DNA of 64,000 nucleotides from an uncultured bacterium (GTDB lineage Bacteria; Krumholzibacteriota; Krumholzibacteriia; Krumholzibacteriales; Krumholzibacteriaceae), in contig CAWBAN010000001.1 in the NCBI GenBank assembly GCA_963786935.1, positions 1,024,001 through 1,088,000 of the forward strand, in the 5' to 3' direction. The position numbers and the translations under genes were made by a program. The notes under the pieces are model-generated. The model was not told the DNA's origin. It did not search any database and saw only the letters and a list, made by a program, of their open reading frames with translations. Shown piece after piece: positions 42,444 to 53,201 of this stretch (within the stretch, counting starts at the first letter, position 1; each line of letters opens with the position of its first letter).

Positions 42444-43118
42444 TCAGTACGGCACCAGCAGGCTCACCCCGATGCCCGCCCTGGAAGCCCCCGCCTCGAC
42501 CTTGAACCGCATGTCGTCGAGCTTCGCGTCGACGTACGCGTCGATCACGATCCCGAGGACCACCGCCCCCGACCACCACATCCAGTCGACGGAACGCTCG
42601 TAGTACTCCGTCACCCAGCCGTCGTGATACTTCCATTCGTTCGAGGTCTTCGGATAGGTTTCGCGAATGGCTTTTTCCCGCTCGCAGTAACGGATGTTCA
42701 GCATGATCTGGCTCAGATAGAACGATTCGAGCCCCATCGCGAGCGCCGCTTTGAAGGGCTTTTCGTTGTACATCTGCCCGAGCCCGGGGACGAGGAGCGC
42801 GCACAGCATCGCGACCCGCCCGTTCTTGCGCTCGCGGTACTCTTCTCCCGCCGCGCTCCCCCCCGTCTCCGCGGCTATCACGCCCTTGAGCTCATCCATG
42901 TTCCAGAGGGCCGTTTCGCGCGGCGCGGCGCTCGTATCCGGCCTCGCCGCGCCGGCCGTGTCGCGGGGGGTTACTCCGGCCGTGTCGCGGGGGGCCACGC
43001 CAATCGTGTCCGTCGCGGCCGCCGACGCCGCGGAAAGCGGCGCGACGAGACAAGCCATCGCGCACATGGCCGCGAGCAGCGCGGATCGCGAATCGGTTCG
43101 CCGGTTACGAGCGGCCAT
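42444..43118 (-). CDS. Hypothetical exported/membrane protein (DUF5683-like)
   Basis: Signal peptide, PRDTAG repeats, ALLVPGLGQMYN and IDAYVDAKL motifs. Confidence 0.7.
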   Translation of the reverse strand: MAARNRRTDSRSALLAAMCAMACLVAPLSAASAAATDTIGVAPRDTAGVTPRDTAGAARPDTSAAPRETALWNMDELKGVIAAETGGSAAGEEYRERKNGRVAMLCALLVPGLGQMYNEKPFKAALAMGLESFYLSQIMLNIRYCEREKAIRETYPKTSNEWKYHDGWVTEYYERSVDWMWWSGAVVLGIVIDAYVDAKLDDMRFKVEAGASRAGIGVSLLVPY

Positions 43119-43152
43119 GCGAATGTTCCCTTTCGCCGCGACGGATAGAAAT

Positions 43153-43250
43153 TGGCGGGAACGTGTGGGAATCGAACCCACCCCGGATGGTTTTAGCACC
43201 CGGCAGAAGGATTTGAAGTCCTCGAGGTCCACCAGAACCCATCCGCTCCC
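43153..43250 (-). tRNA. selC: tRNA-Sec (UCA)
   Basis: 98 nt; CTTCAAA anticodon loop; 6-bp D stem with 4-nt loop; long variable arm; 8/5 acceptor/T geometry; GCCA end. TTTACA-17-TATCAT promoter upstream. Confidence 0.95.
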
Positions 43251-43293
43251 GCTCGATCAATGATAAGAGGTCCGGGAAATCGTGTAAAGGCGT

Positions 43294-43677
43294 TCATGCG
43301 CCCAGATGCGCGATCGCTTCTATCTCGACGAGGGCGCCGAGCGGCAGCTTCGCCACCTGATACGCGGCCCGCGCCGGCGGCTCGGCGGCGAAGAAACGCG
43401 CGTACACCTCGTTGAGGCGGGAGAAATCGTCCATCGACTGCAGCAGCACGGTCGTCTTGACGACGTTTTCCATCGTGCCGCCGGCCGCTTCGAGAATGGC
43501 GGCGATGTTCCGGAGCGCACGCTCCGCCTGCGCCGCGATCCCTCCCTCGACCAGCTGCTTCGTCGCGGGATCGATCCCGAGCTGCCCCGAAACGAAGAGA
43601 AATTCCCCCGCGCGAACGGCCTGGCTGTACGGCCCGATCGCGGCGGGCGCCGCGCCCGTATGCACCGGTTGTTTCAT
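43294..43677 (-). CDS. ridA: RidA-family enamine deaminase
   Basis: APAAIGPYSQA, SGQLG, PARAA, VEIEAIA. Confidence 0.93.
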   Translation of the reverse strand: MKQPVHTGAAPAAIGPYSQAVRAGEFLFVSGQLGIDPATKQLVEGGIAAQAERALRNIAAILEAAGGTMENVVKTTVLLQSMDDFSRLNEVYARFFAAEPPARAAYQVAKLPLGALVEIEAIAHLGA

Positions 43678-43722
43678 CGCGCCTCCTGTGCGAGCCGCGA
43701 CCGCGCCGCGGCGTATCGGATC

Positions 43723-45554
43723 CTACTCGACCGTGACGCTCTTCGCGAGGTTTCGCGGCTGGTCGACGTTGCAGCCCCGGAGCACGGCGATGTGGTACGC
43801 GAGCAGCTGCAGCGGGATAACCGCGAGTATCGGATAGAGGAAATCGAGCGTCCGCGGGATATAGATGACGTGATCCGCCATCTCGACGACCTCGTCGTTC
43901 CCCTCGTTCGTGATCGCGATGATCTTCCCCTTCCGCGCCTTCACCTCGGCGATGTTTCCGACGATCTTCTGGTACGCGTTGTCGCGCGGGCAGATGAAAA
44001 CGACCGGCATGCTCTCGTCGATGAGCGCGATCGGCCCGTGCTTCATCTCGGCGGCGGGATATCCCTCCGCGTGGAGGTAGGAAATCTCCTTGAGCTTCAG
44101 CGCGCCCTCGAGGGCGACCGGGTAGTTCGCGCCGCGCCCGAGGTAGAGAAAGTTGTTGTGGTGAAAATACTCCTCGGCGATCTTCCGGATGGCGTCGTCG
44201 ATCGTGAGGATCTCCGCGACCTGGTCGGGCACCTGCATGAGCGCGCGGATGACTTCTGCCCCTCGGACGACGAGATCGTCCTGAGCCGCCCGAACACGAG
44301 GGCGAGGAGCGACAGGACGGTGATCTGCGAGGTGAACGCCTTCGTCGAGGCGACGCCGATCTCCGGGCCCGCGTGGATGTAAACGCCCGCGTGCGATTCG
44401 CGCGCGATCGTGCTGCCGACGACGTTGCAGATTCCCATGCAGCGCGCCCCGCGCTTCTCGGCCTCCCGCAGCGCGGCGAGCGTGTCCGCCGTCTCCCCCG
44501 ACTGGCTGATCGCGAACACGACCGTCCCCTCCTCGATGACGGGGTTGCGGTAGCGGAATTCGCTCGCGTATTCGACCTCGACGGGAATGCGCGTCTTCTC
44601 CTCGATCATGTACTCGCCGATGAGGCCGGCGTGCCAGCTCGTCCCGCAGCCGATGAGGAGGATCCGTTTCACGCTGCGCAGCTCCTCCTCGGTCATGTCG
44701 AGCCCGCCGAGGCGCACGTCGCCGGTCGCCGGAATGAGGCGCCCGCGCATCGCGTTCCTGATCGTCTCCGGCTGCTCGAAGATCTCCTTGAGCATGAAAT
44801 GGGCATGGCCGCCCTTTTCGATCATGTCGAGGTCCCAATCGACCTCCTGCACGTCGTGGTTGACGTACTCGTTCTCGATCGTCATCGTGGTGAACTGATC
44901 GCGGGTGGCGACGATCATCTCGTGGTCCTCGAGGTAGATGACCTGGCGCGTGTGCTTGAGAATCGCCGCGACGTCGCTCGCGACGATGTACTCGTCCTCG
45001 CCGATCCCCATGACGATGGGCGAACCGTTGCGGGCGGCGACCATTTTCTCCGGCTCCGTCGCCGATACGACGAGGATGCCGTACGTTCCTTCGACCTTCT
45101 CGAGCGCCTTCCGGACCGCGGCCTCGAGATTGCTCCCCGTGTAGTACTTCTCGATGAGATGGACGAGCGTCTCGGTGTCGGTCTCGGTCGTGAAGACGTG
45201 ATTCTCCGCCTGCAGGGATTTCTTGAGCGTCTGGTAGTTCTCGATGATCCCGTTGTGGATGAGCGCGATCCGCTTGCCGCAGTCGAAGTGGGGATGCGCG
45301 TTCGTCCGGTTCGGCTCCCCGTGCGTCGCCCACCTCGTGTGAGCGATGCCGATGTGACCGCTCATATCGAGGCCCTTGAGCTTGTCCTCGAGCTGCTGGA
45401 TCTTCCCCGCCGTCTTCTCCCAGACGAGGGCGCCGTCGCGGACGATCGCGATGCCCGCCGAATCGTATCCCCGGTACTCGAGCCGCTTGAGGCCCTCGAT
45501 CAGGATCGCCCCGACGTTATTGCTCTTGCCGATATATCCGATGATTCCGCACAT
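43723..45554 (-). CDS. glmS: Glutamine-fructose-6-phosphate transaminase (1-nt frameshift near 44260)
   Basis: MCGII, EYRGYDSAG, HTRWATHG, ASTKAFT. The second frame carries ALKLKEISY..PRNLAKSVTVE. Confidence 0.96.
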
Positions 45555-45620
45555 TCGAGCACCTCTTCATGGAAAAGCCCCGCGCGCTCCGCGGCGCCGG
45601 CCCGCCCGCCGGGCCGCCGT

Positions 45621-46964
45621 TCACAGAACGGCTCCCGCTTCCTTCGCGAGGCTCCGCGCCTCTTCGATCGTGCGCGCCTCGGCGATGATCCGGACGACCG
45701 GCTCGGTATTCGACGGGCGCAGGTGAACCCATCCGTTCTCCATATCAATTCTTATACCATCTATGGCCGTCACGCGCCCCGAGAAACGCTTCGTGAGCGC
45801 TTTTTCGACGAGCGAGAAATCGCCCTTCAACGCAACCTTTTCTTTGACAATGAAATAGCGCGGGAGCGCCGCGACTTTGCGCGAGAGGGGCACCCCATCC
45901 TCGGCGAGCGACTCGAGCACGAGCGCCGCGCCGACCATGGCGTCCCGCCCGGAGTGGAGCTTCGGATACATGACTCCCCCGTTCCCCTCGCCGCCGATCG
46001 CCGCGTGCGTCTCCTTCATGAGCGCCGCGACGTGCGCCTCTCCGACCTTCGATCGATAAACGGCCGCGCCGCGCGCCGCGCCGATGTCGTCGATGACGCG
46101 GCTCGTGGAGAGGTTGGCGACGAGCGCGCCCTTCTCTTCCCTGAGCACGAAATCGGCGGCCAGCGCGAGCGTGAGCTCCTCGCTGAGCACGAATCCCGTT
46201 TCGTCGACGAGGACGAGCCGGTCCCCGTCCGGATCGCAGGCGAATCCGATGTCCGCCCGCTCGCGCACGACCGCTTTCGAGAGCTCTCCGAGATGCTCGG
46301 GCTTCGGCTCCGGATTGTGGGGAAACGGCGCTTCGATGTCGGTGAAGAGCTCGACGACGTCGAGGCCGAGGCCCCGCAGGAGCGACGGCAGAATGCGGCT
46401 TCCCGCGCCGTTGACGCAGTCGACGACGGCCTTGAACCGGCGCGCCGCGATGCGCGCCGGATCGACGCGCTCGAGCTTCAGGATCAGATCGACGTGGACC
46501 GCGTCGGCGCCGGTGTTCGAGACCGCCGTTCCGAAGCGGGACGCCCCGTCGAACAGGGGCTCCGCGCCGAGCGCGCGATCGGTGATGCGGGCCATCGCCT
46601 CGGCGGAGAGAAACTCCCCGCGCCCGTCGAGGAACTTGAGGGCGTTCCATTCCGGACCGTTATGGCTCGCCGTGACGACGATGCCGCCCGCCGCCCCGAG
46701 CTGCCCGACCATGATCTCGACGGTGGGCGTGGACGCCACGCCGAGATCGACGACCGAGAGTCCCTTGAACCGCAGCGCCGTCGCGGCGGCCGCGGCGATG
46801 AGCGGCCCCGAGGCCCTCGTGTCGCGGCCGATGACGACGCGATCGCCCGAGAGCATCGACGCGTACGCGGCGCAGAATCGCGCGGCGATTTCGGGATTCA
46901 TTCCGCTCCCGACGATTCCGCGGACGCCTGAAACGCTCGCCATCAGATCTGTGCGCTTCGACAC
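45621..46964 (-). CDS. glmM: Phosphoglucosamine mutase / phosphohexomutase
   Basis: TASHN, DPDGDR, GEGNGG, RPSNTEP; adjacent to glmS. Confidence 0.85.
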   Translation of the reverse strand: MSKRTDLMASVSGVRGIVGSGMNPEIAARFCAAYASMLSGDRVVIGRDTRASGPLIAAAAATALRFKGLSVVDLGVASTPTVEIMVGQLGAAGGIVVTASHNGPEWNALKFLDGRGEFLSAEAMARITDRALGAEPLFDGASRFGTAVSNTGADAVHVDLILKLERVDPARIAARRFKAVVDCVNGAGSRILPSLLRGLGLDVVELFTDIEAPFPHNPEPKPEHLGELSKAVVRERADIGFACDPDGDRLVLVDETGFVLSEELTLALAADFVLREEKGALVANLSTSRVIDDIGAARGAAVYRSKVGEAHVAALMKETHAAIGGEGNGGVMYPKLHSGRDAMVGAALVLESLAEDGVPLSRKVAALPRYFIVKEKVALKGDFSLVEKALTKRFSGRVTAIDGIRIDMENGWVHLRPSNTEPVVRIIAEARTIEEARSLAKEAGAVL

Positions 46965-47081
46965 GGTGTCCCTCCCATGCGAACCGGCCGGATTATACGC
47001 CATCGCGGGGGCGGGATAAAATGAAAATGTCCGGCCGCCGCCGGCGACCGGACAACACGCACCGAGCGTTCCGCCGAGCGC

Positions 47082-47627
47082 TCATTCCCGCACTTCGTCG
47101 AACGCCCGCTTGAAGGATTTCAGATTTCTCGCCGCGATCCGCCCGAAACGGTGGTTCAGCGGCTCCTCGATCGACTCCGGCTTTATGACGCCGGTCATCT
47201 TGACCATGGCGCCGAGCATCGTCGTGTTCGTGATCGCCCGGCCGAGCTCCTCGACGGCGATCTTCGTGGCGTCGACCGTCGCGACGCGGAATCCCTCGTA
47301 CCCGAACTCCTTTTTCAGCTCCGCCGGGCTCTTGGCCGTGTTGACCACGAGCACGCCCCCCTTCTTGATGCCCTTGTGGGGGTTCGCGATCTTGAGAAGG
47401 CTCGGATCGAGAACGATGACGACGTCGGGCTCGCCGACGGCGAACCGCGTCCTGATCGGCTTGTCGTCGACGCGCGAGAAAGCGACGACCGGCGCGCCGC
47501 GGCGCTCGGGGCCGAAGCTCGGGAAGCTCTGCGCATATCGTCCCTCGCTGATGGCGGCGACCGCGAGAAGCTCCGCGCTCGTCACCGCGCCCTGGCCGCC
47601 CCGCCCGTGGAATCTGATCTCCAGCAT
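47082..47627 (-). CDS. porC: Pyruvate/2-oxoacid:ferredoxin oxidoreductase gamma subunit
   Basis: FHGRGGQGAVT, PSFGPERRGAPV, NTTMLGA. Confidence 0.93.
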   Translation of the reverse strand: MLEIRFHGRGGQGAVTSAELLAVAAISEGRYAQSFPSFGPERRGAPVVAFSRVDDKPIRTRFAVGEPDVVIVLDPSLLKIANPHKGIKKGGVLVVNTAKSPAELKKEFGYEGFRVATVDATKIAVEELGRAITNTTMLGAMVKMTGVIKPESIEEPLNHRFGRIAARNLKSFKRAFDEVRE

Positions 47628-47634
47628 GTTCGTC

Positions 47635-48360
47635 CTACTTCTTCGTCGAACGGCAATCGATGCACGTGTCGAAATGATCGGCCGGAAGCTTCGCGATCTT
47701 CCGGAAATACTCGAGCTGCTTCACCGGCGCGAAGTACTTCCCGCACTTCGAGCACTTCGCCATCGGAAATTCGGTCTTCCAGATCGTGCGGACACCGTCG
47801 TGTTCGTCCATCGCGATCACGCCGACGGGGCACACGTAGTGGCACGAGCCGCACGCGATGCAATCGGCCGGCGCCTCGTTGAACGGCGTGGCGATCTTCC
47901 GCGCCGGCCCCCGCGATTCGAAGCCGATCGCGGAGACGCCCACGACCTCGCGGCACACGCGCACGCACTGCCCGCACATGATGCATCCCTTGAAGTCGAC
48001 CGCGAAGCGTGATTTCTCGATCCCGAGCCGCGCGGCCATCTCCCTGAGAACGGGGTGTTTCGGGTTCCGCGCCAGCAGCAGGTGCATCACGAGCGTGCGG
48101 ACGTTCCGCACGCGCTCGGTGTCGGTCTTGACTTCGAGCCCCTCGGAAACCTCCGCGATGCACGAGACGACGAGCTTCGTCCGCTTCTTGTGCGTCGTCT
48201 CGACCATGCACATGCGGCAGGCGCCGTACGGCGCGAGCTCCTCGTTGTGGCAGAGGTTCGGGATGAGGATGTTGGCGCTCTTCGCCGCCTCGAGAACCGT
48301 CGTCCCCGCCGGCGCCGTGAGCGATCTTCCGTCTATCGTGAATGTGACCGTCTCAGCCAT
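47635..48360 (-). CDS. NuoG/HydA N-terminal-like Fe-S subunit without catalytic domain (BfuA-like, about 241 aa)
   Basis: IPNLC..GACRMC..VSC [2Fe-2S]; [11 protein letters not shown] and [13 protein letters not shown]-terminal CSKC..CIDC. Confidence 0.88.
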   Translation of the reverse strand: MAETVTFTIDGRSLTAPAGTTVLEAAKSANILIPNLCHNEELAPYGACRMCMVETTHKKRTKLVVSCIAEVSEGLEVKTDTERVRNVRTLVMHLLLARNPKHPVLREMAARLGIEKSRFAVDFKGCIMCGQCVRVCREVVGVSAIGFESRGPARKIATPFNEAPADCIACGSCHYVCPVGVIAMDEHDGVRTIWKTEFPMAKCSKCGKYFAPVKQLEYFRKIAKLPADHFDTCIDCRSTKK

Positions 48361-50227
48361 TACTTCACCTGTATCGCATCGAACTTGCAGGCGTCGTAGC
48401 AGGCGCCGCACTTGATGCACGTTTCCCGGTCGATCGTATGGACCTTCTTCTTCTCCCCGGCCGCCGCTTTGGTCGGGCAAACACGGGCGCAGGCATGGCA
48501 GCCGGTGCATTTTTCGGCCGTCGACCGAATAGGTGATAAGCGGCTTGCAGACGCCCGCCGGGCATTTTTTGTCGCGGATATGGGCCACGTACTCGTCGCG
48601 GAAATATTTGATCGTGGTGAGCACCGGGTTGGGGGCCGAGCCGCCGAGCGCGCACAGGGAGCCGTCGATGATGGCCTGCGCCCATCCACTCGAGCGTTTC
48701 GATGTCGCTCTCCTCGCCGTTCCCCTCGGTGATCCGGTCGAGGATGATCCGCATCTGCAGGACCCCTTCGCGGCAGGGCGTGCACTTGCCGCAGGACTCC
48801 TCCTCGAGGAACTTGAGGAAGTACTTGGCGACGTCGACCATGCAGTTGCGGTCGTCCATGACGATCATGCCGCCCGATCCCATCATGGAGCCGATCTTGG
48901 TAAGCTCGTCGAAATCAACAGGCATGTCGAGAAGCTGTCTCGGGGATGCAGCCGCCCGAGGGCCCGCCGGTCTGCACGGCCTTGAATTTCCGTCCCTTGG
49001 GGATGCCGCCGCCGATATCGATAGACGATCTCCCGCAGCGTGATGCCCATGGGCACTTCCACCAGGCCCGTATTGTTGATCTTGCCGACGAGCGAGAAGA
49101 TTTTCGTGCCCTTGCTGTTCGCGGTGCCGATCGCTCGCGTACCAGTCGGCGCCGCGGTTGATGATGAGCGGCACATTGCCCCAGGTCTCGACATTGTTCA
49201 GGATCGTGGGCTTGTTGTAGAGGCCCTGGTCCGTGGCATGCACGTACTTTGCCCGGGGCTCGCCGGCGCGGCCCTCGATGGAGGCAAACAGCGCCGACGA
49301 TTCGCCGCAGACGAACGCGCCGCCGCCGCGGTTGATCTTGATGTCGAAGCTGAATCCGGAGCCCAGAATGTTCTCGCCGAGAAGCCCGTGCCTCGCGCGC
49401 CTTTTCAATCGCGAGGGTGACATTGGTGACGGCCAGCGGATATTCATTGCGCACGTAGATATAGCCCTGTGCTCGAGCCGATGGCATAGGCGCCGATGAT
49501 CATGCCTTCGAGCACCACGTGCGGATTGCCCTCAAGAAGGCTCCGGTCCATGTACGCGCCGGGATCGCCCTCGTCGGCATTGCAGATGACGTACTTGGGC
49601 TCGCCCTTGGCCTTGCGGGTGGAATCCCATTTCCAGCCCGTCGGGAAGCCGCCGCCGCCGCGGCCGCGCAGATTGGCCTTGATGACCTCCTGAATGACCG
49701 CCTCGGGCTTCATGCCGGACGAGCGCTTTGGCCAGGGCCGCAGTAGCCGCCGATGGCGAGATAGTCCTCGATGCTCTGTCGGGTCGATCTGGCCGTTCAT
49801 GCCGAACACATAGCGCGTCTGGCTTCTTGTAGAACGGCACGTCGTGCTCATAGACGAATCTTCTCCTTCGTCACGGGGTCGAGATAGACCAGCCGGTCGA
49901 TGATCTCGTCGCCTGAGCACGGTCTTCGCGATGATATCGGGCGCGTCGTCGATCTTCATGCGCTGATAGAAGATCTTCTGCGGGTGAATGACGACCATGG
50001 GGCCGCGCTCGCAGAAACCGTGACAGCCGCTGGTGCGCAGCTGCACTCTTCCCTGCAGCTTCTGCTTCTCGATCTCCTGCCGGAAGTTGTCGATGAGCTT
50101 CTGCGTGCCGTAGGCAAGGCAGCCCGTGCCCGCGCAGATGGTGATGCAGGGTTTGTTCGGGTCGCGGCCCTTGCGGAGCGTTTCCTGCAGCTGGGCGCAG
50201 CTCATCGGGTGATTTAAGCTTCTTCAT
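48360..50227 (-). CDS. NuoF/HydB-like FMN/NADH-binding subunit (BfuB-like); multiple frameshifts
   Basis: Pieces across frames: [80 protein letters not shown] and two C-terminal 4Fe-4S motifs. Confidence 0.88.
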
Positions 50228-50234
50228 CAGCGTC

Positions 50235-50699
50235 TCAACCTTCCCGCCGAAGATCTCGCAGGACTTGCTTGGTTTTTGCGATGGTCAGCTGGCCGTGATA
50301 TTCGCCGTCAACGACCAGAATGGGGCCCAGCGCGCAGGCGCCGAGGCAGTTGACCGTCTCAAAGGTGAACTCGAGATCCTGCGATGTTTCTCCGGCCTTG
50401 ATGCCCAGCGTCCGCTCGACATGGCTCGGCGATAAGGGGCGCGCCGCGCACATGGCAGGCCGTGCCCAGGCACAGGCTCAGCCGATATTTGCCCCGCGGC
50501 GTGAGGCTGAAGGCCTTGTAGAAGGTCGCCAGACCTCGATAGATGCGGCTGATGGGAAGCTCCAGAATGGCGCACAGCGTGTCGAGGGCCTCTCTCGGGC
50601 AGGTAGTTGAACTCGCTCTGCACGTCCTGCAGAATGGGGATGAGGAAGCTCTTGTCCGCTTCCGTATCTTGCGATGATCGCCTTGACTTTGTCTTCCAT
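50235..50699 (-). CDS. NuoE/HydC-like thioredoxin-fold [2Fe-2S] subunit (BfuC-like); multiple frameshifts
   Basis: LIPILQDVQ..YLP, TFYKAFSL, CLGTACHV, ETVNCLGACALGP. Confidence 0.85.
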
Positions 50700-50708
50700 C
50701 GCCGCGTC

Positions 50709-51636
50709 CTATAGCATCGAGGTTCTTTCGCCTTGAGCTTTTCGTATTCCTTCTTCACGCGCGCTTGAATCTCGCCGATCAGCTCGGGCGTCAGATGCCG
50801 GAACCGCCCCTGCGGCTTGAGATATTCCTCGACGGGCCGGAGCTCCGGAACTTCGACGGTCATCTTGTATCGCCCATTCTCGCACTCGTAGAGCGGGAAT
50901 ACGCCGGTCTCCACGGCGAGCCGGCCGATCCATATCGCCTGGTCCGGCGGGATGCGCCATCCGGTCGGGCAGACGGAGAGGATATGGACATAGGCGGGGC
51001 CGTCCATCCGCGCGGCCTTCTCGACTTTCTCCATCAGGTCGAATGGATAGCTCGAGCAGGCCGTGGCCACATAGGGAATGTTGTGCGCCACGGCGATCTC
51101 GGCCATGTTCTTCTTCCAGGTGAACTGGCCCGCCTTGGCCTTTCCCGCGGGGGACGTGGTGGTCGAGGCGCCGAACGGCGTAGCCGACGAGCGCTGGATG
51201 CCGGTGTTCATGTACGCTTCATTGTCGTAGCAGACATAGATGAAATTGTGTCCGCGCTCGAAGGCGCCGGAAAGGGCCTGCAGCCCGATGTCGCTCGTGG
51301 CGCCGTCGCCGCCCATGCCGAGAAAGATCGTGCCCTTGTCGGGGAGCTTCCCTTTGCGGACCAGCGCCTTCGTGGCCGCCTCCGCGCCGGTGATGACCGC
51401 GGCGGCGTTCTCGAAGGCCACGTGAATCCAGGGAACCTTCCAGTTCGTGAACGGCAACGGCGAGGAGATGATCTCCATGCAGCCGGTGGCGCTCGCCACG
51501 ACGACGTTCGATCCGAGCGCCTTCGCGACGAGCCTCACGGCGAGCGCCTCGGCGCAGCCCTGGCAGGCGCGATGGCCCGGCGCGAAATATTCCCGCTTCG
51601 TTACAGCCTGGAGGCGAAGACGTTGAGCGATTCCAT
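50709..51636 (-). CDS. porB: Pyruvate:ferredoxin oxidoreductase beta subunit (frameshifts near both ends)
   Basis: GHRACQGC, ATGCME, GGDG..YDNEAYMNTGIQRS TPP motif, CPTGW. Confidence 0.92.
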
Positions 51637-52821
51637 TATTCCCTCACTCCGTACATGATGTAGTCTTCTTCCCTGATGGGCTTCCCGCTCTTGAGGAGCT
51701 CTCCGGTTGCGGCGTACATTTTCAGAAAATCGTCCGGCGTCACGTCGCGGCCGGCGAATCCGCACAGGAAGTTCGTGACGACCGGCATGGTGGTCATCGC
51801 TGTACAGCGCCGCGCGGATCTCGCTCGCCACCGGACCGCCGGGCCCGCCGAACGAGATCGCGCGGTCGAGGACGATGAGATTCTTGACTCCCTTGACGGC
51901 TTCGCGTAACTCTTCGAACGGGAACGGCCGCCACAGGCGGAGCTTGATCTGGCCGACGGGCGTGCCCTGCTCGCGGAGCTGGTCGATCGCGACGGAAGCG
52001 GTCTCGCTCAAGCTGCCCATGGTGAGGAACGCCGTCTCGGCGCCTTCGAGCCGGTACGTTTCGACCGGCTCGTATTTCCGCCCGACGATCCGCGCCATTT
52101 CCTCCCACGCCTTCATGATGTGCGGCTTGGACGCGAGCAGCGCCTCGTTCTGGGTCTTCTTCGCCTCGGTGTAGATCCCCGGCATGCCGAACGCGCCCAT
52201 GGTGACCGGATGATCCGGATGCAGCACGTTCACCGGCTTGAAATCCGGGAGGTACTTCTTCACCTGTTCCTCGTCCCAGTACTCGACCGGCTCGATCATG
52301 TGGGTCACGATGAAGCCGTCGATGTTGACCATCACGGGGAGGGACACGTTCCGGTCTTCGGCGACGCGGAACGCGAAGAACACGTGGTCGAAAAGCTCCT
52401 GGCCGTTTTCGGCGAACACCTGGATCCATCCGCAGTCGCGGACCGACATGACGTCGGTGTGGTCGTTCCAGATGCTGAGCGGGCCGGAGAGGGAGCGGTT
52501 CGCGAGAATCATGACGATCGGGAGCCGCATGCACGCCGCGATGAACACGATCTCGTTCATGAGGGCGAGCCCCTGCGAGCTCGTGCAGGTGAAGGTGCGG
52601 GCGCCGGCCGCGCTCGAGCCGCAGCAGACGCTCATCGCCGAATGCTCCGATTCGACGGGGATGAACTCGGCGTCCAGCTCGCCGTCGGCGACGAGCTCGG
52701 CGAGGTGCTCCACGATATGGGTCTGCGGGGTGATGGGGTACGCGGCGACCACGTCGACGTTTGCCATCTTGATGGCGTCGGCGGCGGCGATGGAGTTCTC
52801 GATGCCGATGCGTTTGCCCAT
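51636..52821 (-). CDS. porA: Pyruvate:ferredoxin oxidoreductase alpha subunit (frameshift near 51795)
   Basis: AAYPITPQT, VESEHSA, SSQGL, RLWRPFP. The shifted frame ends GFAGRDV..YGVRE with a TAA overlapping the porB ATG. Confidence 0.92.
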
Positions 52822-53114
52822 CACTCGCTCTCCTCGACCATTTTGATGCAGCCGGTGATGCACTCCTGCACGCAGATGCCGCAACCCTTGCAGTAGTAGA
52901 GGTCGGCCTCGAAATAGCCCTGCTCGTTCTTGTGGATCGCGGCGTCGGGGCAGTAGATGTAGCACACGCCGCACTTGATGCATTTCTCGTGGTCCCACAC
53001 GGGGCGGATGGACCGCCAGTCGCCGCATTTGTACTGCGACGCGTTCCCCGGATCGTTCACGACACAACCCGGCTCGATATCCTTCCAGGTGAGATCTAAT
53101 TCGGACTTCGGCAC
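52821..53114 (-). CDS. porD: Pyruvate:ferredoxin oxidoreductase delta subunit (2[4Fe-4S])
   Basis: GDWRSIRPV, CIKCGVCYIYCPD, CKGCGICVQEC. Confidence 0.93.
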   Translation of the reverse strand: MPKSELDLTWKDIEPGCVVNDPGNASQYKCGDWRSIRPVWDHEKCIKCGVCYIYCPDAAIHKNEQGYFEADLYYCKGCGICVQECITGCIKMVEESE

Positions 53115-53201
53115 GCCGCGCCCCTCGTGATTTGAAAACAAAAAAGCCCGAGGTCTTGTTTGCTCCCCGCTCGGGGGAGAATGCGGAAATAAATTACCGG
53201 G

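Noticed and set aside
47635..50699. Respiratory complex I or an [FeFe]-hydrogenase
   Set aside because: No membrane Nuo subunits and no H-cluster motifs; the G-like subunit is only about 241 aa.
48360..51800. Selenocysteine read-through or programmed frameshifting as the cause of the broken ORFs
   Set aside because: The breaks are frame changes at scattered sites, not in-frame TGA at Cys positions, and there are too many for programmed recoding.
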